NCBI RefSeq assembly: GCF_009834535.1
Contig: NC_045697.1
Coordinates: 20,090,001-20,154,000 of the forward strand
DNA length: 64,000 nt
Reading direction: 5' to 3'
From: Camelus ferus
Lineage: Eukaryota
Shown here: positions 1-13,400 of the stretch, piece after piece
How the letters are laid out: each line of letters begins with the position of its first letter
Numbering within the stretch: position 1 is the first letter of the stretch
Program-made: the position numbers and the translations under genes
The notes under the pieces: model-generated
What the model was told of the DNA's origin: nothing
The model's input: only the letters and a program-made list of their open reading frames with translations
The model's database searches: none

Positions 1-289
1 CACTAAAATGCTGATCTCTGGGGTTCCAGTTCCCAGAAGTTTTCAATCCATTCCCTTTCATTGATTGAGGATTAATTGATTTTTAATGTCATGTATCCTC
101 TATGAGAACTAGCTGGTTTGTTTTTAAATTTTATGGAGTTTTGCTTTGGACATGCAGGTTAGCAGGACTGAGGTCATCCTATTCCTAAATTCCTGAAACA
201 CTGGCATCATTGATTGATACAACATCATCCCTCTTTGTTTATGTATTCCCTTTATTTCCCCCCATTTCTTTTCCTTCTGCTTCCTCATA

Positions 290-700
290 AGCAATCATCT
301 CAATTACTTGATATATTCGTGTTGTTATAAATGTGTATATTGTTTTATGTTAATATTTTATATATAAATAAAGTGTTCTATAGTATAGGTCTCATATATT
401 GCTTACTTTTTTTCACTCACCAAAATGTGTTTAATATCTATCCATTTAGGTCATATACACCATTTTTTTCCCTTGCAGTTGTATAGCACTCCATGACATG
501 ATTCCACCAGGTTTTAGAGATCCTTTTATTCACAGTTACGATTCATCATTGCTTGTGACACAAGCAGATTGCCTCTGATTCCCTTTTGTGGACAATTTTC
601 CTGCAATTAACATCATTAAACATTTATTTGTTGAGGACATATTCCCAGAGGCAAACTTTTAGATCCTAGGTATGCACACACTAAATTTTACTAGGTAGCA
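290..700 (-). mobile_element. Old L1 (L1ME-like) 3' region fragment
   Basis: Antisense L1 3'-end-like text such as 'ttgcttacttttttcactcaccaaaatgtgtttaatatctatccat' and 'ggacatattcccagaggcaaac'; highly diverged. Confidence 0.5.
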
Positions 701-719
701 GCCAGGTTCCTGTTGAGAA

Positions 720-1851
720 AGTCTACGGCATTGTATAATCCCCCAAACAGAATAAAAACAATACATGCTGCCATTTTGAAAATAGAACAGTGAGAAACTG
801 GTCCACAGAAACTCAGATACCATGGGCAGAAGTTGCAAAAGCCCCATTACACAGAGAAGGGGGATGCTTGAACCAGCCCTGATTCTGTTTCCTGAAAGAA
901 ACACCCATTCCATTGATCTCTTTAGCCTGTTGCTCCGTCTTCTGGGAGAATTTTCCGTATTTATTATCCTACTCAGATAATATTTGATGAAGGCAACATT
1001 TGGGGACTCAAGGGTCATTTTTATTCTTGTATAGTGAGCTGTTTTAAATCAATTCTCATGAACTTTTTATACTTGGAGTTGTGATGGTTTCTTTTGTAGT
1101 ACAGATCTCTTACAGATGTAATTGGGCTTCTATACAGTTGATTCCTGTCAGCTCCACATGGAAATATCTATATCTTCAGGGCTTTTCCAGATATCCTTCT
1201 TAGATCTGATACATTTCTCTGTTTCCTTGCCCTCATACTTCTGTTCTCTCCCAACTGAGTCGCAGGCAGCTTCAGCCAGTCATGTAGGAGAACAGCCAGG
1301 CTCGCTCTGCTTTCCCTGAGTTGTTCTGTCTAACTGGGAAGATCTACTGGATGCCAACAGTTCATTAAAGGGTTTTGTCAATGCTTATAAAAGCCATTCT
1401 CTGTAATTTATATTTGCTTGAAAACCAATTAGAATCTGCTTTTGATATCAAAGACCTATTTAATTTTATCTTTTACTCTTTGGGGTGAAGAAGAAGTATC
1501 CTTTCCAAACCAGCCTAAAAGGTCCCTAAATTCCTGAACTATATTTCCTTTCTTGTTTCAAAGCAACTAATTATTTTCTGAGCTCAGTTTCTAATAATAC
1601 TCGCAACATACTGCCTACAGTAAACATCAAATACTTCCAACATTCTTTTCTACAACCTCTTCCCTCGAGATATGTTAATTAAGGTGACAATTTTACCAAT
1701 TGTGTCAGTAATATAGAACTCTCATCAACATCCTTCCACATCCTTCCAGGCTCTGATAAGTTTCCTTCCTGTCCTTTTCCTGTTCTCTAAACTAATACCA
1801 AGTAATTTAGTACAGGCATTAGAGTGGTACTTTCATTCCAGTACCAGTTTT
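720..1851 (-). mobile_element. MaLR internal region (MLT1-int) remnant
   Basis: Ends in 'ttccagtaccagtttt|tgta', resembling the antisense MaLR int/LTR junction, and directly abuts an MLT1 LTR. Left boundary uncertain. Confidence 0.5.
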
Positions 1852-2214
1852 TGTACCAATCAGGATGTCCTTGGTTATGCTAAAAGCAATAAGCTATCAT
1901 CAGTGAAGCTATGATTATGTTATATATCCATGGTGAAACTGCTGGTGGCTATGCTCTGTATTTTTATTCCACGTCACAGATGGAGAGATTGGCCACAACC
2001 ATTGTTAATGGTGGTAGCAGAGAAAAAGTAATCTAAGGTGTTATGCCAACAACTTAATATTTGGCCTAGAAGTTACATTTCTCATCTGCTCACAGTGTTT
2101 TGGCTAGAATGAGTTCCATGGCCCCACTTAATCAGAGGACCCAGAAATGCAATTAATTGAGGGATCCAAAAGGTAGAGAATTATAGGAAAATAGTTGGTG
2201 AATAGTCTAGTACA
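1852..2214 (-). mobile_element. MaLR LTR, MLT1J/K-like
   Basis: TG...CA ends; 'ggcctagaagttacatttctcatctgctcacagtgttttggctagaatgagttccatggccccacttaa' resembles the MLT1J/K core. Confidence 0.65.
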
Positions 2215-2219
2215 ATTTC

Positions 2220-3030
2220 AAAATAGAGTTTATCTCAGGAATATAAACATAGTTTAGCCATGTAAAAACCTATCAGCTTATCAGTCAGGATGCTGTGTAG
2301 AACACAGAGGCCTCTCTGCACTCCAAATATGAAATGTTTCAATTCTGGAAGTTAGAAACTTGCACAGTTATTGAAAAGATTGATGGAGTAAAATTCAGAG
2401 AAGTTACCACCAAAAGTCACAGCCAACATTATTAAATCAGATGGTTTTCAAGAATTTGCTGATGACCTAGTGTGACAAATGTAAAGAACTGTTGGGAAGA
2501 TCTACTTACCTCAAGATGCATTAACAAAATGAGTAATTCTCAAGAATTTCACTTGGAAACTTTCAAACACCATAGGAGCATGTGTCTCTCTGCAACTACT
2601 TTCTCAGAATAATGGTTTCTCCTTTTATGCCTTCCAGAGCTCCTGTAAAGTCCTTTCATTGTCAGCTTTTAACCCGTAACAAACTAGATGAAAATGATTC
2701 TAGAAAATAATAGATACTAATTTCTCCTTTGTGAGACAGAAGAGATTTTAGAACAGGATGATGGTGATGTCCACAACATACAACTCAGCATGTAAATAAA
2801 ACTGATTCTATCACTAGATACAGAAAAAGCACTGATAATATCAATATTCATTCATAATGTAAAAGACAAACCCTCAGCCAGTAAGGAGAGAAAGAAACCT
2901 CATCGATAAACTCTATTTATCAGAAACCCATAGTCTTAATAGTGAAAAAGTAGAGGCTCTCACATGAAATAAGAAATGAATACCCACATCCATAATAAGA
3001 ATTCAGCACTTGCCATGAGGGCCTTAAACA
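2220..3030 (+). mobile_element. Degraded L1 ORF2 reverse-transcriptase fragment, interrupted by an LTR
   Basis: 'gagtttatctcaggaatata' (~GFIPGMQ), then after the insert 'ctagatacagaaaaagcactgataa' (~IDAEKAFD), 'cagaaacccatagtcttaatagtgaaaaa' (~KPTANIILNGEK) and 'attcagcacttgccatgagggcctta' (~FNIVLEVLA). Confidence 0.7.
2279..2778 (-). mobile_element. Ancient ERVL-type LTR (LTR33/LTR41-like) nested in L1
   Basis: ~500-bp insert that splits collinear L1 RT sequence; starts 'tatcagtcagg' and ends 'ccacaaca'. Family assignment tentative. Confidence 0.4.
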
Positions 3031-3099
3031 CAAATACCTTCATGGACCAGTGATCCAATCGAAATGTCTGTGAATGTCAGAGGTTGTTAGCCTAGTTAA

Positions 3100-4360
3100 C
3101 ATTTTCAGTTGGATGGTTAATGTCCATCTGGCATTTAACATGTGAAAAATAAAACTTGATTTCCCTCTAACCCTGTTTCTCCCACTGCTCTGGTTCTCTG
3201 CTGCTGTGTGACAAGCCATGACAATACCTACAGGCATAAAATGACACTTTATTTACTATTATTATTACTATCATTATAGTCCATGGCTTTATGAGCTGAC
3301 TGCAATCAACTGAGTGTTTTCACGCTGGAATTTTCAGGTGGTTGCAGAAAAGTGGTGTCTGGGGAGGACACCTTTGAAGGATTCTTCATTCATATGTCTG
3401 GCACCTAAGTTGGAATAGTTAAGACATCTCTGAGCTCCTTGCCTTCTCCCTTTGCATGTATCGTCTCTATACGGCATCTTCACATTAGAGAGGTTTCTGT
3501 GTATTAGAACCGTGATGACTGGCAACTCCCAGAATAATTGTCCCAAGAGGTTCAGAGGGAAGCTGAAAGACTTCCTATCATCTAACCTTGGAATTTCCAG
3601 ACATGACTTTCATCACACTTTAATATTCAATCAAGTCACAAAGACTTGTCCAAATTCAAGAGAAAGATACATTTCACCTCTCAAGGGGAGGGATAACAAG
3701 AGTTTGCTATATTGAATCCATTTTATCCACAGCCTTTCCCATTTTAATATATAGTGACTCCATATAGCTGAAGATAAACTTTACCATTTCTTTATCATAC
3801 ACTCTTCTTTGAATTAAGTACTTAAACCTATTTGGTCTACCTTTGAAATAGACCCACTCAGACCATGGTCAGCTCTTCTACTATCACCTTGGTCCAAGGA
3901 GCCATCATACTTTCCCTGAATTATGATAGCCTAAACATGGATTATTATTATGTAGTCTATTGGCTGCCCAATGGAATTATCCTTCTAAAATTTAATTATC
4001 ATATGTAACACCTAGACAACTTCTATGGCTTTCCATCTTGCTCATGGAAAAGCCAAAGTCCTTAACTAGCTATAAGATCCTAAATTATTTGGCTACTTGC
4101 TAGTTTTCTAAACGTGTGTCTTGCCACTGTTTCCCTTTTCTTTACCCACACGTGCATCTTTGCATCTTCTAAGACACATCAATCCATTTCCAACTTAGAG
4201 CCTTTGTACTCACTGTTTTCTTTATCCAACGGTCTTGTCCCAGATGCCCTTGCACCTTCCAGCTCTCTGTCTCTTCTTTTATTATACGTAAATCTTCTTT
4301 ACTTAATTACTGGAACAAAGTCTAGCACATACTGAACATTGCATGTGTGGTTGTTGAAAA
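3100..4360 (+). mobile_element. L2 LINE 3' region, interrupted by an MLT1 LTR
   Basis: 'ggatggttaatgtccatctggcatttaacatgtgaaaaataaaacttgatttccc', then 'ccttggtccaaggagccatcat' and 'aagccaaagtccttaactagctataagatcct'. Confidence 0.65.
3190..3731 (-). mobile_element. MaLR LTR, MLT1F/H-like
   Basis: 'ctgctgctgtgtgacaagcca', 'ttcattcatatgtctggcacct' and 'aagtcacaaagacttgtccaaattcaagagaaag...cacctctcaaggggagg' resemble antisense MLT1. Confidence 0.65.
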
Positions 4361-5329
4361 TTCCTTACTCTGAATAAAAACATCATTTTTGAATGTTTAA
4401 AAAATATAATTAATTCACCCGTAAAATGTTTTTCAAAGACATATTTGCTGAGTAGATTGATATGGCTAAGACTGTCCTCTTTGCCATACTAAGCCTTTAA
4501 AATCTTGTGTTTCTTTTAATTATTTTACTAGGAAATACTTGATTTTATTTTTGAAACAGTAATTATTTGGGAACATACGTTAAAATTCTTAATTATGAGT
4601 TTTAAATGCATTTAAAAATAATATATAGTTTTAGTGCATCACTATCAGGAAATTCAGACCTTACAGATGCATCCTTTTTTCAATTATTTAATATAGTAGT
4701 ATATAGTTAAGTATATGTTTTATGGGCACTTGAGCAGCTGTATTTTTAAAATATATAACTCAGTATAGGATACAAATATCACTTTAGTTATACTTTTAAA
4801 ATCATGGCCATCATAATATTACATGATTGAATTTCACAATTTTAAGTTAGCTGATTGTATTATAATTATAATTGGCAATTTCATTTACATTTCTTAAAAG
4901 TTTGCTTTATGTAATTATTCATATATGAGTAATCAGTTTGTGGTTTGTACTTTCTTCAATACAATAACAATAAAAAATAGTCCGTTCCACTTTGTTCTAT
5001 ATTAATATCATACTCACATTTTATTTGTCTTAGAATGATAATTTTCTTTGCTTAACATACTTAGAAAATGAAAGCATATAAACATTTCCTTAATATTTAT
5101 CGTCTTTTCTAATAGAATTAATATGAGTTTAATGCACAACTTTCATAACATGCAGAAATAAGCAGAGGGAAAGAAAGGAATTGTCCATAATCACAGCACA
5201 TGTTAATGTAAAATATTAAATTTTAGTGTATTTCCATCTGAAAATATATGCACATGTCTGTACACATGTGTCTGTGTGTAATATATGATTAAAGAAAATT
5301 AGAATATGCATTTGACAGTTTCTATTATG

Positions 5330-6000
5330 TATTTTCATTTTATGTATTTTTAGTATGTGAAAATTTATGTGAAGAATGCATACTATTACATTATATTACT
5401 AAGTTCTCTGATTTCTCTCACCTATTCTTTTAGTATTGGACACTGCCTTGTTGCACAGTTTTACTACCATAAATAATGCTGTAAATAAACACTCTTATGC
5501 ATAATTAATTGTGCACATCTCTGATTATTTCTTTAGGGTATATTCCTAAAATGGAATAATTGGGTCAGAGTATGAGTATTTTGATGATTTGGATTAATGT
5601 TGCCAAGTTGCCCCCCAGGAAGTTTCCATACATTTGTATTCCCATAAGCAGCATATTAGAATACTTATTTGCATTTCTTTAATTATAAGTCATGTTGAGT
5701 ATTTTAATGTGTTCATTAACCATTTATAGTTCTGAGTTTGTTTGCATGGGTAGAGTTGCACCAACTGGTAATTTTCTCATTGTTTATTTTCTTTTATATT
5801 GAGTTAAGAATTTAATTTTCTGAGTGCAATATGTAGCAAATTGTTTTCCAGTTTGCCATTTGACTGTTGATATTATTTATATTCTTAAGCTATACATAAT
5901 TTGTAATGCATATGTACTCAAACTTTCCCATGTTTTCTTCTTTTATTTTAACTTTCTATAATTATGAGATTGTATATTTGCCTATATTTTCTTCTTGTTA
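5330..6000 (-). mobile_element. Old L1 (L1ME-like) ORF2 end / 3' UTR
   Basis: 'ataatgctgtaaataaacactctt...atttctttagggtatattcctaaaatggaataattgggtcagag...gttgccaagttgcccccca' is typical antisense L1M. Confidence 0.75.
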
Positions 6001-7029
6001 ATTTCCATTTTTATTATTTTTATTTCACCAAATTAACTTATATTTTATTTTGTTTTAATTTTCTCTGTATCCTACTATTTATGAATTATAATACTATATT
6101 TATGAAATTTATGGAGACATCAAGGGTTTTGATATGGATCCTTACCAGTGTGGTATCTTCGCACATTTATGGTTTTGTCTGTATCAGGGAATAAGGTCAA
6201 AGTATAACTTTCATAGTTAATTCAACAAACACTTAAATGTCTGCCTCCATTTTTGTCCAGGAGCTGTTTGTTAGAAGTTAGACTGAGTATTATAACCATT
6301 TTTAAACTATTACCATTTTCTCAAAAAGCTACTGATGTTTCTTGGCAGAGAAGGATTGAGTCTGACAAACAATGAGCATGGGAAACATCTCTGATATAGA
6401 AGAAAATACTTTCAATAAATGACGTGCAGAATTCTGTGATTTTACTCCATTGGTAGTATTTCCCATAATGTTTTAGTGTCTAAATAAAATTGTATTTCTT
6501 CCTCCTTAGCAATTTTATGTCAACCAACAGCTTGCTTCAACATTTTTTTTATACTCTGTGGTCTTTAAGCATGACCAGTACTTAGCAGTGGGTTTGGTTC
6601 ACTGTAATAATGCAAAATGCTGATGCTGTTGATTAATAAAACTAGGGTGAGTTTAAGATGAGAGACACAATCATAGCTAAATGGCCTTATTTTATGTTAA
6701 ACTTAAAAAAGACTTTGAAAGCCTGACTAATGAAAACTTCCATACTTTTAATCCATCATTTTCATTGTTTTACCAAGGTCTATGAATTGCCTAGTATTAG
6801 CAATTAATTCCCACATAAAATGTTATTTTTCCTTCAGAAGACATCCACATATTTACATATTTATAGCAGACTGATGATCATCTGTCCACGCCAGTGAGAA
6901 AAAAGTTAAGCAGAACGTACTAAACTACATCTTACCCCATCTCTTACGATTTTCCTGATACTCTGATATTCCCACTAAATTCAAACTCTCTTTTAAATTT
7001 GAGCTTCCGGTTTCTCCCTGATTCGTGTA

Positions 7030-9429
7030 CACACATACTCTGTTTTGTTCTGCTTCTCTTTATTGCACTTCATAGATATTTTGGTTTTTTACAGATTGGA
7101 GGTTCGTGGAACCCTGTGTTGAGCAAGTCCTTGGGTGCCATTTTTCCAACATTTGCTCACTTCGTGTCTCTGTGTCACACTGTGGTAATTCTCACAATAC
7201 TTCAAACTGTTCATTATTATTATATTTGTTATGATGATCTGTGATCAGTGATCTCTGATGTTACCATTGGAACTTTTCCGGCACTGTGAACCACACTCAT
7301 GTAACATGGTGAACTTAATAGATAAATGTGTGTGTTCTGACTGCCCCACCAACCAGCTGTTTCCTTATCTCTCTCCCACTCCTCAGGTCCCCTGTCCCCT
7401 GAGACACAACAATATTGACATTAGGCCAATTAATAACCCTATAACGGCCAGTAAATGTTGAAAGTGAAAGGAAGAGTCACATATCTCTCACTTTAAATCA
7501 AAAGCCAGAGATGGTTAAGCTTAGTGAGAAAGACATGCCAAAAGCTAAGATGGGGAAACTCGGGCTCTTGTGCCAGTTAGCCAGGTTGTGAATGCAAAGG
7601 AAAAGTTCTTGAAGGAAATTAAAAGTGCTCCTCCAGTGAACACACGAATGATAAGAAAGCAAAGCAGACTTATTGCCGATATGGAGAAGTTTTTAGTGAT
7701 CTGGGTAGAAGATCAAACCAGCCACAACATTCCCTTAAGCCAAAGCCTAATCCAGACCAGGGCCCTAACTCTCTTCAATTGTATGAAGGCTGAGAGAGGT
7801 GAGGAAGCAGCAGAAGAAAAGTTTGAAGCTAGTGGAGTTTGGGTCATGAGGTTTAAAGCAAGAAGCTGTCTTCATAACATAAAACTGCAAGGCTATCAGC
7901 AGCAAATGCTGATGTAAAAGTTGCAGCAAGTTATCCAGATCTAAGATAATTAATGAAGATGGCTACACTAAACAAGAGATTTTCAATGTAAATGAAATGG
8001 CCTTCTATTGGAAGAAGATGCCATCTAGGACTCTGACAGCTGGAAAGGAGAAGTCAGTGTCTGGGTTCAAAGCTTCAAAGGGACAGACTGTCTCTCTTGG
8101 TCAGGGCTAATGTAGTTGGTGACTTTAAGTTGAATCCAGTGCTCATTTACCATTCCAAAAAATCCTAGGGCCTTTGAGAATTAGGCTCAATCTACTCTGC
8201 CTGTACTCTAAAAGTGGAACAACAAAGCCTGAATGACAAAACATCTGTTGACAACACAATTTACTGAATATTTTAAGCCCACTGTTGTGATCTATTGCTC
8301 AGAAAGAAAGATTCCTTTCAAAATATCATGGCTCATTGACAAAGCACCTCATTGATAATACACCTCATTGCCAGTGCACCTGGGAGCTCTGATGGAGACA
8401 CACAATGCAGTTAATGTTGTTGTCATGCCTGCTGCCACAACATTCATTCTGCAACTTGTGGATCAAGGATTAATTTTGACTTTCAAGCCTTTTTATTTGC
8501 GAATTACGTTTCATAAGACTATAGCCACCATAGATAGTGATTCCTCTGATGAATTTAGGCAAAGTCAATTGAAAACTTTCTGGAAAAAATTCACCATTCT
8601 AGATGTCATAAAGAGCATTTGTGATTCATGGGAAGAAGTCAGAATACCAGTATTAACAGGAATTTGGAAGAAGTTGATTCCAATCCTAATGGACAACTTT
8701 AAGGGATTCACAAATTTAGTGGAGGAAGGAACAGCAAATGTGGTGGAGAGAGCAAAAGAACTAGAATCAGAAGTGGATCCTGAAGATGTGACTGAATTGC
8801 TGCTATCTCATGATCAAATTTCAACAGATGAGGAGTTTCTCCTTATGGATGAGCATAAAGTGTTTTCTTGCAATGGAAACTGCTCGTGGTGAAGATGGTT
8901 TAAATTACAACAAAGGATTTAGACTATTACATCAACTTAGTTGATAATGTAGCAACAGGGTTTGAAAGGATTGACTCCAATTTTGAAAGAAGTTCTACTA
9001 TGGGTAAAGTGCTATCAAACAATATTGCTTGCTACAGAGAAATCTCTCATGAAAGGAAGAATTGATCAATGTGGCAAACTTAATTGTTGTCTTATTTTGA
9101 GACGTTTACATAGCCACCCCAACCTTCAGCAGTCACCACACTGGTCAGTCAAAAGCCATCAACATGAAGGCAAGACCTTCCACCAGCAAAAAGCTTGTGA
9201 TTCACTGAAGGCTCAGATGATGGTTAGCATTTTTTAGCAATAAAGTATTTTTAATTAAGATATGTACATTGGTTTTTGAGACCTAATGCTATTGCACTTA
9301 ATAGACTGCAGTGTGGTGTAAACATAGCATGCACTGGGAAAACAGCATTTGTGTGACTAGCTTTATTGCAGCATTCACTTTATTGGGGAGGTTTGGAACT
9401 GAACCCACAGTATCTCAGAGGTATGCCTG
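7030..9429 (+). mobile_element. Full-length Tigger1 DNA transposon (TcMar-Tigger), 2400 bp
   Basis: TA at 7028-7029 and 9430-9431; degenerate left TIR 'cacacatactc' and right TIR 'gaggtatgcctg'; continuous similarity to Tigger1, including transposase ORF pieces. Confidence 0.97.
7444..9100 (+). pseudogene. Inactivated Tigger1 (pogo/CENP-B-like DDE) transposase
   Basis: ORF 7570-7917 ([18 protein letters not shown]...[23 protein letters not shown]-type HTH) and ORF 8368-8892 (ILQLVDQG...QSQLKTFWKKFTILD) match Tigger1 transposase. Start codon is ACG, there are frameshifts and stops, and the first catalytic motif reads FNVNE instead of FNVDE. Confidence 0.93.
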
Positions 9430-11214
9430 TATTTACATGTTATGAAGCTTACTCTCTGTTCATCATTCTGCTTTCTAATTCTCAGGCATCTAATTCTTTA
9501 TTGTGAGAAGGTATGTATGTTTATGTGGTATGACTCTGAATTTCAATTTCTTTTCTTCCAGGATGCTTGAAACATATTCTTATTACTGTCTCTGTGATAA
9601 GCAACACAGTAAAACCATACCATATTTAGGACCTTACTTGGACCAAAGGCATAATGCATTTGATGGTTTATTAGTTGTTTGCTGAGAGCAGAGACTTGAG
9701 ATAATTATCTATAGGAGGTTAAACACTGATAAAAATGTGAAGGAATAGACCAGAATGTGTGGTCTTGGAGGTTTCCATCAGACATACCTTGCATGTAATC
9801 ATCTATAGGGCAGAGAATGATATGGAGAAGAAAGAAAAGTGAAACTCCATGAGTTTAAACTTTCTTCATCTTTCAAATGAAGAAGTTGAATGTATGATTC
9901 TGGGATAATTTCTGTTTAAGTAGCTTCTTAATTTATAAGTCTGTGACAGAATCAATGATAAACTTCCCTTGACTGCACAGATAGAATTTTTCCACATCTC
10001 ACTTTAAAGACTGGCCTTGGTGGTCTTTAATTCAAGTGAAAGTTATACTGGAGCCTAGGGCTTTAAATTCTTTGTTCATGTCTTTGCATCTTCAAAACCT
10101 AGAACAAAAATAAGATGCATTTTATTTAGTGCAAGTTTAAAATATGGTGTATAATGGCTTATGTTATACTATACAGTTCAAAAGGAAGAATTTTCCTCCT
10201 GCACTGGTAAAGCCATCCATATTGTAAATATCCAGTTTTTTTCTCAGCATCTGGTATGTCACAAACTTTTGGGGAGCGATCGAACATTTTCCCATATACA
10301 AAATTGCTTTGTGTTAAACTACCATGCTAAAAAGATCATGTAGACAGGGGCTTCTTTTGAGATAGGAGATCTGCAAAATGTCATCAGGGATTCCCTTTTT
10401 CATCAAGAGGTATGATTTGGCAGGTAGCTCATTAATTGGTCTTTATAGAAATTATTGTCTTCAAGACAGCCAGCTGATTGTGATGTTTCATTCTCAAATA
10501 TGATGGGAATGCCACAGCATTTGAAATTACCTGCCAACTCTCAGATAATTCCATGGTCTCTGAAGCTGACATCTAAAGCAGTCTGGACACAAACAGCTAT
10601 TACTTTATGGAAACAGTACCCAAAAGCTTATCATTGTTTATTTTTAATAACTAGCAGAGATTACAAAAAATTCTACTTGCCTCTTAGGCACATTATAAAA
10701 ATAAATTAACTGTAGAAAGGCACATTGTTCTCAGAAGTTAATTAAATTTGGGTTTGTGAAATTATTTTACTGTCTGCATACCACCATCTTCCACAATTTT
10801 CAAAGTTCTCAAACTTTTATTAATAAGTGCAAGCTTCTTTGAATCAAGTCTTTACTCCTATTTCATAGAATTTGGTCTATGAAACTATAAAAAATTTCAC
10901 ACTTCTGTGAGCATGCCACAAAAAAGTAGATTTTTTATGATGATTATGTTGAAAGTTATTTTTCTGTATGAAACATGATGTTGGAGCTATAGCTTTATAA
11001 ACTGCAATAAAGTTATCACAGGAGAATATTTATTATCAGTGCTTTTGGTCTTATTTCCTCTTAAGAAATCATTAGATAAGAGAAGAGCTACTAAGATAAG
11101 CATTTCACCTTTTTAAATGATGTATATTACTGATTTTAACAAGAATCACTTTATTAAGACGGATGCAAATAATCCCATGAGCAATAAAGACTGAATATCC
11201 AGCAAAGAAGCCAA

Positions 11215-11290
11215 ATGTTAGAGCTGAAAATAAAGCTAGAAAAATACTTGTTCACCCCCTCATTTTAGAAACAAAGAAATTGAGACCACC
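11215..11290 (-). mobile_element. MIR/MIR3 fragment
   Basis: 'aatgttagagctgaaa...ccccctcattttagaaacaaagaaattgagacc' resembles the MIR core. Confidence 0.55.
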
Positions 11291-11789
11291 ATTTTACCAC
11301 TCTAACTTTGAATAAAGAGGCAATGAAGGGGCATTAAACCTTCTGAAAAGGTATTTTTATATGGTGGTGAATGAAAAGGTTAAGTTTTCATTAAAAGATA
11401 AATGCAACAGCAGTTTGAAGACTGAGGACAGGAGCAGTTGCCTTAAAATTTTCAAATGCAGAATGAATAAAATAATGTCCAAGTAAACAGGTCAAATGTA
11501 AACTAAAAACACATTCTGACCCCCTGAAAAAAAAAATACACATAGTCATATAAAACTGAATTCTCACCCAGTTTCACAAGGTTCACATCCTCCCATTTAT
11601 GATCCCCTCAATTCATACTTATTAATCTTCCATTATGTGATTGATTGCATTCTGCACAAGAATTCAAACAAAAATTTAATGCTAGTCTAATGGAGCATGC
11701 TGTCTTGAAAGTAACTTTATTCCACTATTGCAGACTGATTGATCTGAGTAACAAAGTGATGAAAGGGAGCCAGACAGCCTGAAAAGGGA

Positions 11790-11910
11790 TAAAACATGAT
11801 AGCAAAACAAAAATATTCCAAGCAGGAGTGTAAGGTCAGCAAAACTATAGATCAGTGGAGCACAACGGAGAACCCAGAAACTATCCAACACGTGAAAATT
11901 TTATTTACGA
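11790..11910 (+). mobile_element. Short L1 ORF2 fragment (sense)
   Basis: 'tatagatcagtggagcacaacggagaacccagaaa' ~ IDQWNRIESPE motif of L1 ORF2. Confidence 0.55.
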
Positions 11911-12879
11911 CGTGTGTCAGGCTTCCTGTTTAACTTCCCCCTCTGAGTAAACATTCGTTGAATTCTCTTCATTGAATACTTGTTCTTTTCCTAATGATAT
12001 GTCACACCTCTTGGCATCTGTCAGATTTCTGCATATGTGTGGGTTTATTTCTGGTCTCTTTTCTGTTCCATTCATCAGTTTTTCTGTCTTTATACCTATT
12101 ATATACTAGGCTACTTACTCTATTTTAAGAGGCAACCTGGTAACTTGGTGATGCACCTCTTTTTTTTTTTTATCTTTTCCAAGCTATTTTAGTTATATGC
12201 TATTTCTTATAAAAATGTACCACTTTGTTAAATATCACAAAGATCTCCATTGGGATATTTCTTAGAGATGTTTTATTGATCACTAGGATATTCTATGATA
12301 AGTTTGGGAAAATGATATTGTATAATATTAAGCCTTCTGAACAAGGGGTATTTCTCTATTTTCTTAGGTGTTCTTTAATGCCCTTTATTACAGTTTTTTA
12401 TTCATTGTAAAAAATTCTTGCATATTAGTTACTAAATTTATTCCCAAATAAAATACAGTTTTATTGCTATTGTAAGTTATGGTATATAGTCTGTTGTTCA
12501 AATATTTGTTGCTGATGTTTAGAAATAAAATTGGCTTTTTAAATCATATCCAGCAAGCCTTCTAATCTTCTCAATTATTTATAATAAATTGTCTAGATAT
12601 CTGTTTGTGTTTCCATGTAGAAAATCATTAATGACAAGTAATGACAGTTTTATTTTCCTCTTTCTCATTCCTACATATTTATTTAATTTTATTTTCTTAT
12701 TGGGCTATATAAAGCCTCCAGTGCAGAACTGAATAAAAGAGACAATAGAGGCTATTCTTCTCCATTTTAAAGGAAGTACTTCTAACATTTACCCATTTAA
12801 GTTATGTCAGTATTTTAGGTTGGGTAGGTAATTCTCATCAAATTAAAACATTTTCTTTTCTTTTTTTTTTTTTTTTTTT

Positions 12880-13000
12880 TTCAGTCAAAAGTTAAGATGT
12901 TGTCTTCTTTGTGTGAGGAACTATTCTAGGTGCCTGAGATGATATATCAATAAAGAGAACAAGCTAAATTCCCTGTCTTCCTAAAACTTACGTTCCAGAG
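12880..13000 (-). mobile_element. L2 3'-end fragment preceded by a T-run
   Basis: 'tgtgtgaggaactattctaggtgcctgagatg...aattccctgtcttcctaaaacttacgttccag'. Confidence 0.55.
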
Positions 13001-13248
13001 TGCCTAGTTCACAAATAATTTATGTTTGTTGGTTTGGTTTTGTTTTTCTTGATTATGAATACATATTATATTTTATAAGGACCTTTTTCTGTATCTATTG
13101 AGATGGTTGTATTTTTCTCCTTTAATCTCTTAATGGAGTTAATTACATTTAAAAGTATAATATTTAAACGTCCTTGCATAGCTAAGAAAATCCCAGTATG
13201 ATGAATGTTAGCTTTTTAAAAATGTGGTGAAAATTCGACTTGCTAATA

Positions 13249-13364
13249 CAGTGAGATCAAGAAAAGGACTCCAGTAGACCTGACTGAGTCACAGAAGGCT
13301 TTTCTTGCAACCTTTCAAAGCAGGCCCAGATTCCCGTCTACTACATGGTAGTTGTTTCATACTC

Positions 13365-13400
<36 letters not shown>

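Noticed and set aside
7570..8892. Tigger ORFs as a domesticated TIGD-type gene
   Set aside because: Start codon lost, frameshifts, in-frame stops and altered catalytic motifs; TIRs and TA sites show an ordinary fossil transposon.
9562..9685. Plus-strand exon after ttttcttccag
   Set aside because: No matching donor and no recognisable peptide.
10417..10537. 10-bp inverted repeat ttggcaggta / tacctgccaa
   Set aside because: Does not extend; 10-bp arms 100 bp apart are expected by chance in 64 kb.
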